A DNA stretch of 64,000 bases, from NCBI RefSeq assembly GCF_009914755.1, contig NC_060937.1; one strand, given 5' to 3'. The notes under the pieces are model-generated. The model was not told where the DNA came from. It was given only the letters and a program-made list of their open reading frames with translations, and made no database searches. Of the stretch, positions 44,701-58,188 are shown piece by piece (positions within the stretch are counted from its first letter, which is position 1; every line of letters begins with the position of its first letter). Both the position numbers and the translations under genes were made by a program. Source of the DNA: the human T2T-CHM13v2.0 reference genome, Homo sapiens.

Positions 44701-44810
44701 TTGGCTCCTCTGAGACTGATATCCATTACTTACAAAATGGAAATAATATTTACCTCTTATTTTTGTTATCAAGGTCATATGAAATAACTTTAAGTGCCTC
44801 TCACCAAGGC
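44697..44810 (+). mobile_element. MIR 3' part; its likely 5' part is at ~35691-35730
   Basis: ctctgagactgatatccattacttacaaaatggaaataatatttacctc..ttgttatcaagg. Confidence 0.7.
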
Positions 44811-46488
44811 AGGACAAGAGCAGGCGATCAATAGTAGACAGGGAAATGTTCGTTCCTTTAATTCTCTCCACCCTGGAGATTACTGAGGCTCATTTTGCAG
44901 ATTCTCATTTACTATTGCAATCAACCACAGACTTATTAGGTAAGCCTTTATTGTCTGCTTCCATTATTTCATTCACTTATTCACCGAATATTTCTTCAAC
45001 GATCCTTCCTTTCAGACACTGTTTTTTTCCTATAAGAGAGCCGTCATTCTCTTAGAGAAAAACGGATTTATTTACAAAAACAGTAGGAGGAAATCTTACA
45101 AAGCATATGAATCAATAATGTACAGATGACTCCGAACTTGCAAGTTTCCTGAATGAGGATCATCAGAGATCCCAGTTCTAGAATCTGCTTTGAAGATACT
45201 TGCAATTCACTGTGAACTCTTTTGTCCTATCAGCAGTTCTCTCTAACATGATCTAATTCTCTTTGCTCAAGTCGAAAACATTTTTTATTTGCTGTATTGC
45301 CATGGTTTTTCATAAGTCTTTGCCACCTACAGAATGCCTTTGTTAAATTTATTGTTTGTTTCAGTGGTGTATGGATTGTCTCTGCTTGATCAAGCAAGAA
45401 TAAGACTTTTTTAGAAATAGCCATTGTTGAGACTGGTATCCATATTGTGCCCCTAGGCAGTGGTAAACATAAGTACTTGTCACCACTTCTAGTACAGGAT
45501 GTAGGGTTAGATATGGAAAGATAGGATAGGAGGGGGAAATCAAGATGCCATGAGCCCTAGTTGCCTATAACAGCTCTGTGGGGACACAGAGTAAAAAAAT
45601 ATTCAGTGTTAGCCAAAACAAGAAGGAAAGGATGTCCTTTGGACTACTTGAGCTGTGACTTTAAAGATAAGTAGAAAAATCAGTGGAGAGAGAATATGCT
45701 AGGCAAAAGCAACAGCTGGAAGATAAAAAGGGCTACAAGTGGAAATACATCATTGGTGGACATAGAACACAACAGATAGCTCTCCTCAGTGGGATCATGG
45801 GGTATGAGGACAGAAGGGACAGGAGAGGCACACAGCCATGTGGAACACACTGAGGAGTTTGGATTTTTCAAACGGTTATATGGAATTATTAAATGATTTT
45901 ACAAAAGGAGGTAACAAAATCTTCATATTTGTGCTTTTAAAAAGCTCCTCTGGCTGCATTGTGCAAGATGGATTGGAAAGGGCAAGGGCAGAGAATAATA
46001 CAGCAAATACCAATACAGAAAATTTTTGACTTACAAACATGATCTTGTGACTATTGTCCCAGAACAAATTAGATTGTAAGTATGGTGAACCTGTGCATAC
46101 CTTCATTGTATATAGCATTACCTGGTGGCAAAATCTCTTGCTTACTATATTAGACACTGTTCTCCAGAGAAACAGAACCAATGGGATAAAGATTACACAC
46201 CCTCACAGACACACATACACTTCACTTTTTTATTATTTATTTATTTAGTTTAAGAAATTGGCTTATTGGATTAAGAAGGCTGGCAAGTCCAAAATCTTCA
46301 GGGTGGGTTGCAGGCTAGAAACCCAGAGAAGAGCTGGTGTTGTATTACAAGTCCAAAGGCCATCTGCTGCAGAATTCCCTCTTGCTCAGGGGAGGTCAGT
46401 CTTTTTGTTCTATTTGGGCCTTCAACTGATTGAATGATACTCCCCTTCCCCACATTATGGAGAGCAATCTGCTTTGCTTAATGTCCAC

Positions 46489-47037
46489 TGTGATGGTTAA
46501 TATTAACTGTCAACTTGATTGGATTAAAGAATCCAAAGTATTGTTTCTGGGTGTATGCATAATATTGCTAAAAGAGATTAACATTTGAGTTAGTGGGCTG
46601 GAAGAGGTAGATCCACCCTTAATCTGGGTGGGTGCCATCCCCCACCTGGCTACCAGCGCAGCTTAAAAAAGCAGGCAGAAGAAGGTGGAAGGAGCACACT
46701 TGCTGAGTATCCCGGCCATCTTCTTTCTTCTGTGCCGGATGCTTCCTGCCCTGGAACATCAGACTCCAGGTTCTTCAACTTTGGACTCTTGGACTTTGGA
46801 GGCTTGCCAAGGCCTCTCAGACCTTCAGCCACAGACTGAAGGCTGCACTGTCAGTTTCCTTACTTTGAGGCTTTGAGACTAGGACTGATCCACTACTGGC
46901 TTCCTTGCTCCTCAGCTTGCCGATGGCCTATCGTAGGACTTTACGTTGTAATCATGTCAGTCAGTTCTCCTTAATAATCTCCCCTTCATAGATACATACA
47001 TCCTATTAGTTCTGTCCCTCTAGATAACCCTAATACA
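46489..47037 (+). mobile_element. MLT2A2-like solo LTR nested in the older MLT2 LTR
   Basis: tgtgatggttaatatt..gtcaacttgattggatt..accctaataca, 549 bp, exact TSD tccac. Confidence 0.93.
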
Positions 47038-47941
47038 TCCACCAATTTAAATGTTAATCTCATCAAAAATTGCCCCACAGAAGCTTCCAGAATAATATTT
47101 GACCACATATCTAGGCACCAAGTCCCCGCCAAGTTGACACATAAAATTAACCATTACAAGACCACTTCTTGTAAACTTTCACTCATATGCATCTCCTTAA
47201 ACCATACTTAATCTCCAGATAAAGACAGTATGACTTTGCCTTGGGGATTAAGTTTTCAACACATGAACTTTCGGGGAACACATTTCAGCTAAAGCACTAG
47301 CCTTCCAGGGTGACTACCGTGAAAGGGAGGGCATATTTCCATCTAACATGGCACAACTATCTTGCACAAAACTGGAAACACAATAACTCTTTCTAACTTC
47401 CTGAGCTGCAGTGTTAAATGCATAAGCTCTGCTTAGTGGGCCCATATGAATAAATTCAACCTGTTCTTTCTTTATGTTCCTTCCAACATAATCCCACACA
47501 TTTAATATCCATTCCCATACATATTTTTAGGATTTCTATCTGTATACATTTGAAAAATAAAGTAGATCTTTTGAAATGCAACACACTTCTTCATGGGTCA
47601 AACATTGTAACTCACTGTAGGAACCTGATGAGACTTGAGTCTATTATAGTTCTAGAAGCAAGGATGGATTATGGGGGTGGCCCTAAGAAGAATCAGCATT
47701 CTCTTGCAAGGCAACTGCTTCAGGGGAAGTCATTACCATTTCCACAGGCAATGAGGCATGGATCTTCTCAAATATGGATGGAGAGGCTTCTTCTACTTGC
47801 AAAGAAGACTTGTTAGAATTCAGAGGCTCAGTATTTGCAGTTTCATCAGGGTCTTCCCAAATGTCTTCATTCCAACTTTTAGGATCTCATTCTTTCCCAG
47901 TCAATGCCCTAACTTTAACAACGGACACCCTGCAAGGTTGG

Positions 47942-48322
47942 TGCTATGCTTTGCATGTGTTCCACAAAAGTTTCTGTATTGAAGCCCTAATTCCCAGTGC
48001 AACAGTATTGGGGCCTAATAAGAAGTGACTCTATCATGAGGGTGAAACACTTATGAATGTATTGATGTTGTTACTACAGGAGTGAGTTAGTTATCACCAG
48101 AGAAAGTTGTTAAAAAGAAAGTCTAGCCCCTGGTGCTTCTCTGTGTCTCAAGCACTTGCTTCTGCCTCTTGCCCTATGCCGTGAGATGACCCTCACCAGA
48201 TGCCAGTGCCACGTTCTTGGACTTCTCAGCCTCTAGAACTATAAGCTGAATAAATTTACGTTGTTTATGATTTAACTAGTCTGTGCCAATCTGTTACAGC
48301 ATCAGGAAAATGGACCAAGACA
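47942..48322 (+). mobile_element. MST-family MaLR solo LTR in ERVL internal region
   Basis: tgctatg..cttggacttctcagcctctagaact..ggaccaagaca. TSD gttgg/gatgg. Confidence 0.85.
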
Positions 48323-48812
48323 GATGGGAATGTAATTTATTTTGTGCTTTAGCCACTGGAAAGATGAGATTTTAGGCTTAGTTTTCAGCAATCCCAGCCC
48401 TGCAGCTACAGAAGATAAAGCTGTCCTTCAGGGTACATGCTTTCAGGTCATTTATACAGCACTTAAGTTAGGAATTCAAATCCTTGAAATTATTATTTTC
48501 TTTCTCCACTTTCTCCAGCAACATTAGAAATAAGCAGTCAATCTCCTGACTCATTAGTGTGACAAAAATGTTTAAAGGTATCATATACATTGTTAATCAT
48601 ACCTTTGCCTCTTACGAATGTTTGATTAGGAGTATTCCTTGGTGACATTTTTCGTATCTGTGTTGCCACATCACATTATAGACTATCAGTGCTCTCTTTA
48701 TGACTGCAATAGAGTCATTAAAGTGTTTAAATCTAATAAGATTAGAGAGCCAAATGCAGAAACCTAGAACCAATTCAGAAAACATATCTCTAAGATACTG
48801 GTTTCTCTACAA

Positions 48813-48827
48813 CCACTCCTGGTACCA
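48813..48827 (-). promoter_or_regulatory. Retroviral primer-binding site complementary to tRNA-Leu
   Basis: Minus strand reads tggtaccaggagtgg, 5 nt inside the LTR. The plus strand matches the tRNA-Leu(TAA) 3' end ..ccactcctggtacca. Confidence 0.85.
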
Positions 48828-49983
48828 AAATCTGTCTTAGCTGGGATTCTCTAGGAAAACAGAACCAATAGGACATGTGTATTTATATAGAAAGAAACTT
48901 ACTTTAAGAAATTGCTCATGTGATTAAGGATGCTGGCATATCCAAAATCTACAGAGTGGGCTGGCAGGGTAGAAACCCAGAGAAGAGATAATGCTTCAGT
49001 TCAAGTCTGAAGGTCATCAGGCTGCAGACACAGAAAAGAGCCAATCTTATAGGTCAAGTCTGAAAGCTGTCAAACTGGAAACCCAGCCAGGAAGGAGTTG
49101 ATATTGCAGTTTAAGTCTGAAGGAAATAGTAGGAATGGAGAGGAAGTGACTGCAACTAGACATGGGCTTGTTTGGCCGGATGTTTTTGAAAGCTAAACTC
49201 GGATGACTGTGTCTTAGAGATCATGAATACTAACTTAAAATAGTAAAGAGTGAAGAGCCAGATAGTCACAGACACACATCTTAACACTTCATTCTGCCTC
49301 TTTTTTTTTTTTTTTTTTTTTGGACAATGAGGATTGTCTGGCAGGTTTTCCTGAATTAATCAAATGAAATATACTAATTACTAGCAGAAGGGAAATTTTT
49401 ACAATTCTTTGTACTTAATGTGATTACAGGTAAATGACTGTTACCTGAAATCTATTTTTTTCTTTAAAATAGATGCTTATTTAAACCTTGAGTCATTTGC
49501 TGTTCTTCCAGGGCCCAATTCTATAACTACAGGTTATGATTCTTTGTTGATTAAGTTACTTATCAAACCTTTATTCATCATTGGATATAATTAACTTTTT
49601 TGAGGTTAATCTTAACATACATAGTACTATGCATAGTCAGCCATTCAAGGTTTTTGAATAAAAAAGAGGTATAATCAAAATAATGCATTAGAGGCCAGCA
49701 AATCTTTCTGGTTGTTTTTATTTTTGAGATTGTTGTCAGGGAGGTAATTATAGTATGCTAGCAAGGAAGATTAGAAACTAAATAAGGCAGTGACAACAGA
49801 AAAAATAAAAACAGGACAGATGGAAAAGGCATTACAAAGAACAAGTAAGGGACTGGTGACTTGGCAGAAGTAGATAGTTACTATCCCAAATCAGAAAAGT
49901 GACAAAGGTGGTAGATCAAATATCTTGGGGGTTATGGGCAAGTTCCATTTTATGACTACTAGATTAGTACTGCCAAAATGTTA

Positions 49984-50387
<404 letters not shown>

Positions 50388-50589
50388 TTATATTGAAGAA
50401 AGCCATGGCGGCGGGGGCGGGGCGGAGGGGGGGAACTCTGAAAGAAGAGCTACTAGAGAAATAAGTAAGATTTTACGTGAAAATAATCTGCTATATCTTT
50501 AGGAAATGAGACCAGAAAAAAAAAAAAGAAGGAACAGTAAAAAGCATATGAAGGCAAACACAGTACTGTGAACAGAGAAGAAAATTTCC

Positions 50590-51760
50590 CTTGAACTTAC
50601 ATATGACTCCCTTAACACACCTAAATCCCTAGCCATCACCCTATTTCTCCTTCTATTAACAGCAATATTTTTAGAAAATACAATTTTGCTATCTCTCTCT
50701 AGCACTTGACATTCATTTGAACTTCAACCCATTAAATAAGGACAATATTCCAACCACTCCCTTAAAACTGCTCTCTAAAATCTCAGAGAGCCTAACAGTC
50801 AAAATCTAAGTGATTTTTTTTTTCATTTTTTAAAATTGTGTTTCTTTATTTTTTTGGCTACAAACCACACATTTATTTTAAAATATTTCTTCTCTTGGTT
50901 TATTGAAAACAATATTTTCTGGATTCTTAAACTTTGGAGAGATAGGGGACTTCTCCGTCTCTATTCCTTTTTTTCCCCCCTCTAAGTATATTCTTTAAGG
51001 CTATTTTCTCCACCTCCTCTTCTCACATTTTAAATTATACCCAGGCAATTTCTTCTATGCACGTTGGTTCTCTTTCTTTACCCTAGCTCTTTCTCATGAT
51101 CTCTGAACAACACTGCTTTATTCTCTACTAGGACTTCAATTGGTGATTCCACAAGCATCGTTAAGTCAGCCTGCAAGTCAACATTTTCCAAACTCTACTC
51201 ATCTCCTTCTCACCTGCCATTCCTCCTTTGTTTGCAAACTTATATAAAGGCATTTCTTCCCAGTGGTCTAGAACCTGGGAATCATTCTAGGTCCCTCTAT
51301 ATCCCAATTACCATAACAAAGCACATACTTGCACATGAATTTATGACCACCTAAATATGGTTCTTATATACCTCTTTCTTCTCCATTTCAACTGCCACTA
51401 CTCTACTTCAGGCATAATCACCTCCTACCTAGAATACTGCAGTGGGATTCTCACTGATCCATCTGCTTCTTGTCTTACTTTACATCTCCGCATCAATTTG
51501 CTTCTCCATGCTCTCTCCCCAACAGGTCCACTTCAGATACATCTACCATACTGATGTTTCCAAAAGTCTCCACGTAATATCACTCACATTTTTGGAAAAT
51601 TATCCCCATAACCTACAGAAGCCAATCTGTACAATTAGCAACATAAACAAAGCCATCCAAGACCTGACTTGCCTCTCCCACAATATCTGTTGCCTTCATT
51701 ATGTCACATCCTACTCTCTTTTGTGACTAGTGACCTGCTGTCACCATTCCCTTCTCAGTT
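50590..51760 (+). mobile_element. Degraded L2 fragments (further minus-strand L2 pieces at ~49600-50400 and ~51770-52930)
   Basis: ctagaacctgggaatcattct..cacctcctacctagaatactgcagt. Confidence 0.6.
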
Positions 51761-52441
51761 CAAGCGCTATTTTCCTCCAGTATCTGCCATATGCCAGGAA
51801 CTGTGCTTAATGCCAGAAACACAAAAATGAATAAGGTAGTATATTGCACATAGGAAGTAATTGATAAATGAAAGTATGAGAAATAAACTGAAACGAATAA
51901 GTGCAGGACATAATTACAAAGTATAATGGAAAACACAGGAGACATACACATGGCTGATCTTTCCTGTGCGGAATCAGGGAATCAGGAAGCTTGTCTAAGT
52001 CGTCTGACCTTGGAGTAAATATTCACCAGGTAATCAGATGGAAGAATAATTTCACTCCAGAAGAGCAGCCTGAGCAGATACCACAAAGGAGCACGTCATG
52101 CAGAAGGAAGTTGCGAGTGTTTCTGCTCGGCTGATACACTGAAGGTCACAGAGAGCACTAAGGAAGAATGAGGTTGAATAGAAGGGGTTAGAGGCAGCAG
52201 CAAATAAGATGTAAAAAAAAATGATCAGGGGAAAAATCACTAAAGGATTTGTATGCAAGGTCCCCATTACTAAGGCAATGAGAAAACTGAATGGAAATGG
52301 TTTTAGAGGAAGGAATGGCATATGAAGTGCAGGCCAGGAGACCAGGAATAGCAGCTTCAGATTATTGCTGGAGCCCTGCAAGTAGATGAGCATGCATTAA
52401 GCAATAGCGGCAATGGCTAAGAGGAGAACCAAATATGTAAG

Positions 52442-52809
52442 TGCGATGATCTGAAGGTTTGTGTCTCCTCCAAAATTCCTATGTGGAAACATTAACCCGC
52501 AGTGTAACAGTACTAGGAGGTGGGGCCAGTGCAAAATGATTAGATCATGAGAGTAGATCCCTTATGAATGGAATTAATGTCCTTATGACAGAGACCCCAG
52601 AGAGCTGCGTTGCCTCTTCAGCCATGTGAGGAACACAGCAAGAAGGTACCATCTCTAAGCCAGAACGCAGGCCCTCCCCAGACACTGAACCTGCCAGAGC
52701 CTTCATCTTGGACTTCCTAAACTCCAGAACTGTGAAAAATAAATTTCTGTTGTTTATAAGCTCCCCAGTTCATGGTACTTTTTTGTAGCAGCCCAAATAA
52801 ACTAAGACA
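52442..52809 (+). mobile_element. MLT1A0-like MaLR solo LTR
   Basis: gtttgtgtctcctccaaaattc..ccagaactgtgaaaaataaatttctgttgtttataagc..actaagaca. TSD gtaag/gtgag. Confidence 0.9.
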
Positions 52810-54533
52810 GTGAGCTATTAAAGAAACAAATCTAGTGTCAGATTCTATGTGATTTGGGATCAAGAATCAGGAAAAGTCTACATTGATTTTTGTTTTCCTG
52901 GGTAAGGTGATTTGCTGGATGTTACTATGACAATTCAATCCTTTTTTCAGAAATGAAGGGTTTTATAATTTACCAGAGTAATTATTTTCTTTTTTCATTA
53001 ACCACTGTTAATAAAAATGGGCTAATTTGAACATGTTGTTTTCTCAACTTCCACACCAAAACCTAATCATTTTCAATGGTTTTATATAATATGTATCACT
53101 GATATTATTTTACATATTTTGCTTCTAGCTGTTAAGAACATCAGAGGCATATTAATTTTTGTGTTCATTCTTGAGTCTCCAAGGATTAGATTACTGTATT
53201 CTACCTTTTTGTTTTCAAATGAACTAGATCCAGCTTCCACTTCTAATAAAAATTATGAATTTTTAGGGCACATATTGATTAAATGTCCTTAAATAGTAGC
53301 TGGCATTTGCTACTCCACCCATAAATGAGAAAATCTGTAATTTTGATGGCCACAATAAAAGGCCTTACACAATTCTTTTCTAAAGTGTTGGTTTCATTAC
53401 AACCCAATCTGTACTTTTTCCTTTCCTCCGTTAACAATTCCAAAAACATAGTTGATAAGTTAATGGCCAAAATAATTAAAATATGGGATTCCTGGCTGTC
53501 AATAGGGTGACACCAAATCTCGGGAGCTAAGCAGAGGTGTCAATGATTCATTAGCAAAATGTAACATTGTAAGACTGGTAGCTAAACATGCAGTAAGAGC
53601 CAATTACTACGACTAGCACTGCAAGGTTGCCTTTGGCTGGAGAGAACTATCAGAGAGCTGCCCCACCCCCTACACTCCAACAGCGGCTCTCGTGCATGAA
53701 AGTGCATGCTTCCCTATTGGCATGTATGGGCTGTTTAAGCAGAGGTTGAAGGGATCAGTGAATTGTCAAGTCCCTCTATTTGTCAGCACAGAATTAGTCT
53801 AAAGGGAAATGAGGTTGAATCTCTTGTGCAGCAAGTTATGCAATCTTCCATATTAATGACAGATATCTTATCCTTGAATGGTGGATTTGTTTAAAGAACT
53901 TTCACAAGCATTTAGCAGAGGTTGTATATTTTATAAATGATGCGTGCATATTCCAAGTACATGTTAGAGATGACAAGGAAACTGATGCTTAGAAATATTT
54001 AATGTCGTGCCCAGAACCAGGTTTCCCAATTCTAGTGCTTATTCAGTAACCTAAATGAGCATTTCTATACAAACACACTCTAAATTTTGCTAGCTTCTTT
54101 ATTAACACATCTACAGTTTAATCGACTTTGACATAAAAGGGAGCTGCCTTTCCATCACTTCTATTCCCATGAAAAAACAATATTTATAAACTGTTAACAT
54201 TTCATTTCATGTGTTAAAAGCTATCCCAATCCAGTTGCTGTCAGCCAGCACTCCAGAAGGTAAAACGCAATATCCCCAGATTGTTGTATTTCATGTCATG
54301 CCTACTGCCTCACAGCGCAAAGCAGACAAAGAAAGTTGATGATTATTTAGTACGAACAGAGAGACAAATCATGCAAATCAGACTAAATAACACACCTTCA
54401 ATTATGAGGTGTTTCAAATATTCAGATTTCCTTCAAATATCATTGTCTATATTTTTATAAGTTTTCCCCCTTTATGAGCTCTGGGTTTAACTTATAGTTT
54501 TTTTGAAACTATCTTTAATTATTGTTCTTTATA

Positions 54534-54690
54534 CAGTCATGTGCTGCATAATAATGTTTCAGTCGATGATAGATCACATATACACTGGTAGTCCCATAGG
54601 TTATAATGGAGCTGACAAATTCCTATCACATACATACTTGCCATTGTCTTAGTACTTTCTTACACTATTCAGTACAGTAACATGCACCTG
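54534..54690. mobile_element. Tigger3 (Golem)-like fragment
   Basis: ta|cagtcatgtgctgcataataatgtttcagtc..gtcccataggttataatggagctga. Confidence 0.8.
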
Positions 54691-54755
54691 AGATATAGTT
54701 AACTTGTATTTTGAGATCTTGTAAAGCACAGGTTAAGTTTAAAGTGGTTACCAAG

Positions 54756-55952
54756 TGTAACACTGGGATATAATAAGAAATGTGTACTTGCTTTCTGTCC
54801 CCAGTTTCTGGATCACAACTCCTTAAAACCCTTGGAATCTCCAGAGTGATAGAAGTGTCTTTTGAATGTTAATGAGTAAACTGGTGGCTGGGGGCCTCAG
54901 ATAACATTAGGATGAGGGCAGGCCATGAAAAAGATCATGATTAGAGACTTGGGACTATCAGACCCACCCCTCAATTTCTGGGGAGGAGAAAGAAGCTAAG
55001 GTTGAGATGATTACCAATGGACAAAGACATAATCAATCATGCCTGGGTAACAAAGCCTCCATAAAATCCCGAACAGGCAGGCGGAGTTCAGAGAGCTTCC
55101 GGGTTGCTGAATATGTGGTGATGCCTGGGAGATGATGTGCCTAGAGAGGGCATGGAAACTCCTCACCCTTTCTCGCTTTGTCCTATGCATCTCTTTCTTT
55201 TTTTTTATTTATTATTATTATACTTTAAGTTTTAGGGTACATGTGCACAACGTGCAGGTTTGTTGCATATGTATACATGTGCCATGTTGGTGTGCTGCAC
55301 CCATTAACTCATCATTTAGCATTAGGTATATCTCCTAATGCTATCCCTCCCCCCTCCCCCCCACCCCACAATAGTCCCCAGTTGTGATGTTCCCCTTCCT
55401 GTGTCCATGTGTTCTCATTGTTCAATTCCCCAATTCCCACCTATGAGTGAGAACATGTGGTATTTGGTATTTTTGTCCTTGCGATAGTTTGCTGAGAATG
55501 ATGGTTGTCCTATGCATCTCTTTCATAGGGCTGTTTATCTATATTCTTTCTAATATCCTTTATAATAAATAGGTACACATTCGTAAAGTGTTTTCCTGAA
55601 TTATGTGAGTCATTCTAGCAAATTAACTTGAGAATGGGGTCATAGGAATCCCCAATTTGTAGCCATTTGGTCAGAAGCACAGGTCACACAACCCTGGGCT
55701 TGCTATTGGCCTCTGAAATGGGGTTGGTCTTGTGAAACTGACCTTTAACTTGCGGGATCTGACTCTGACTCCTGGTAGATAGTATCAACATTGAGTTAAA
55801 TTGTGGGACTCCCAGATGGTGTCCACCAGAGAATTGTTTGGTGTGCAGGGAATCACCCCCACACATCTGGTCACAGGAGTGTTCTCTGTTGATTGTCAGA
55901 GTAAAGAGAGAGACCAAAAAAAAACAAAACCAGTTTGGTGTTTTTCTCTGAC
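54756..55952 (+). mobile_element. MER21-family LTR, interrupted by an L1PA 3' end
   Basis: taataagaaat..aaaacccttggaatctcc..ggtggctggggg..gtagatagtatc..gagttaaattgt. Confidence 0.88.
55198..55504 (-). mobile_element. Heavily 5'-truncated L1PA3/4 3'UTR
   Basis: tatactttaagttttagggtacatgtgcac.. Exact TSD ttgtcctatgcatctctttc at 55178-55197 and 55505-55524. Confidence 0.97.
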
Positions 55953-57505
55953 CAGAAAACGTAAATATGCACATAATTTGATTGTGTACTAATGATATTT
56001 TAATCTCCTGAAAGATGGCATGCCCGAATATGAGTCATGTTCTGTTAATAGAAGATAAGAATGTCCCTGAAAGTTATGTGTCTGCCACAAATTGTCTTCG
56101 TGAATGAACATTAAAACTGAATGAAACTCTTGGGAAAAACATCCAAATGAAAAGTGAGAAATCTAGTCAACCATCTGGTACTTTCATATGTGATGCCAAA
56201 CATCCAGATACTTGCTAAATTCTAGATGAGCACTAGCTGTCATTTCATTATAGCTTGAGTTTTGTTTTTTTTTTTTTTTTCAAATTTCAGATGATTCTAG
56301 TAAAATGTTGACTTCCAGAGATGATTATATATCCCTAAGGTAGTATATCATCAATAAAATTAGGCTTTTAGTTTTAGTATTGATATTTTGAATAAACCTA
56401 TCATTAGCAAATACCAATTCTCTTGTCGAAAATACTACTTAAGCAAAAATTGTCATATGTGATCTGAAGATGAGGTTTAACTTTTGTGAAAATATAGATG
56501 CAAAAATTTAGACTGTTTTTTAATCTTTTTTTACTAAACAGAAAAAAAGTTTAATATGTCATGTTTACTAATAACAATAGTGACACTTAGTAGCCCTGAT
56601 TGAGCAGAGTTCTGTCATTAAGACAACTGTTTCACTGTCACCCATCCATAGAAAATAATTTGAATGAATCATCTAACAAATGTAGACACAATGATGTTGA
56701 GTTTATAAAGTTCTTTAAAAATAACAAGACACCCCTAGTGACACCCGTAAATTTTTTGATAGCTCATCTAATCGATATGTGCTACTTATTATTATATTAT
56801 ACTCTATGGCCAGGAGTGCTTACCACTCACCAGTAACAAAAATTAATGATAAAATGCTTTCTCAAAGAAAATGTTATACAATGCTTTCAATTTACTTCTT
56901 GGGTTATTTAAACAAGCTATTCTTTCTAATTAATTAAATATTATTATATTTTTCTGAAATGTATTTCAGAATGTATAGTTTTAAAATTTATTTAATAAAA
57001 AATAAAAACTTATATAGGCTTTCAAAATTAGTATTACCCAATGTCTTAAAGTAAAATGCATGACTCTAAAAATGATTGTTTGAATTATTATGAAATAATA
57101 TGTAATATTTTAGCCCAATCAAAAATCAGTATACTTTTTAATATTATTCAGTGTTGAAAATCAGTATAGTAATTTTCAGTACATGTATAATAATATACAT
57201 GTATTGCCAGTACTCTTAGATCTGCATTGATTAATACAGTATCCACTAGCAACATGTAAATACGAAGCATATGAAATATGGCTAGTACAACTAAGTAATT
57301 GAATTTTTAATTTTATTTAATTTGAATTACAACTGAAGCATTTTAAATTATTTTCCTGATAAACACAATATTGTTGTAGAACTTTATTGTACTTTAAAAG
57401 TTGCAGCACATTAGATATTCCTGTATTGTGTGTAAGTGGGGCACATGCTTCATTACTAGTGTTCTCCATGAACACATCAACAATCTAATTGATGTCAACA
57501 GATTG

Positions 57506-57909
57506 TGATAGAGTTTGGATATGTGTCCCCTCTAAATCTCATGTTGAATTATAACCACCATTGTTGGAGGTGAGCCCGGGTAGTAGGTGATTGGATCACA
57601 GGGCCAGATTTCTCATGAATGGCTTAGAGTCATCTCTTTGGAGATAAGTGAGATCTAGTCATTTAAAAAAGTGTGGCACCTCCCCCCAGTTCTTGCTCCT
57701 GTTATCATCATGTGGCATGTCAGCTCTCCTTCCCTTCCACCATGATGGTAATCTTCCTGAAGCCTCACCAGAAGCCAAGCAGATGTCAGTGCCATGCTTC
57801 CTGTACAACCTGCAGAACCATGAGCCAATTAAACCTCTTTTCTTTATAAATTACCAAGTCTCAGGTATTTATTTATAGCAATGCTAAAATGCAAGAATGG
57901 CCTAATACA
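57506..57909 (+). mobile_element. MSTB-like MaLR solo LTR
   Basis: tgatagagtttggatatgtgtcccctct..cctaataca. TSD gattg/ggttg. Confidence 0.9.
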
Positions 57910-57927
57910 GGTTGGTTCAGTTGGAAT

Positions 57928-58188
57928 ATTTTTTTCTTTTCTTTTCTTTTTTGAGATATAGTCTTGCTCTGTTGCTCAGGCTGGAGTGCAATGGCGTGAT
58001 CTTGGCTCACTGCAACCTCTGTCCCCCACCCCCACCCCGCTCCCCCTAGGTTCAAGCCTTTCTCCTGCCTCAGCCTCCTAAGTAGCTGGGATTATAGGCA
58101 CGTGCCACCATGCCTGGCTATTTTTTGTACTTTTAGGAGAGACGGTGTTTCACCATGTTGGCCGGGCTGGTCTCGAACTCCTGACCTC
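57928..58188 (-). mobile_element. AluS, 5'-truncated, with a C-rich internal expansion
   Basis: T-rich tail, gctggagtgcaatggcgtgatc, ends at ctgacctc. Confidence 0.94.

Larger units (their letters stand above)
46149..49123 (-). mobile_element. Collapsed ERVL (MLT2C-type LTRs) provirus: 5'LTR 48833-49123 (truncated), PBS, gag remnant, PPT region, 3'LTR 46149-47158
   Basis: Two MLT2 LTRs in the same orientation. Gag-like peptide WDYVGRNIKKEQVEFIHMGPLSR (47314-47499). PBS present. ERVL internal 3' end 'catctccttaaaccatacttaatctcc'. Confidence 0.88.

Noticed and set aside
36056-44713. Dozens of ORFs with recurring peptides (GVISSSPLDIRNNITGGCTPPAIL, ILFLISRG)
   Set aside because: These are translations of the satellite monomer on both strands, with constant frameshifts. 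They are not genes.
57180-57203. Hairpin tacatgtata-ataa-tatacatgta (and ttctgaaat-gt-atttcagaa near 56951)
   Set aside because: Short AT-rich palindromes are expected by chance in 64 kb.
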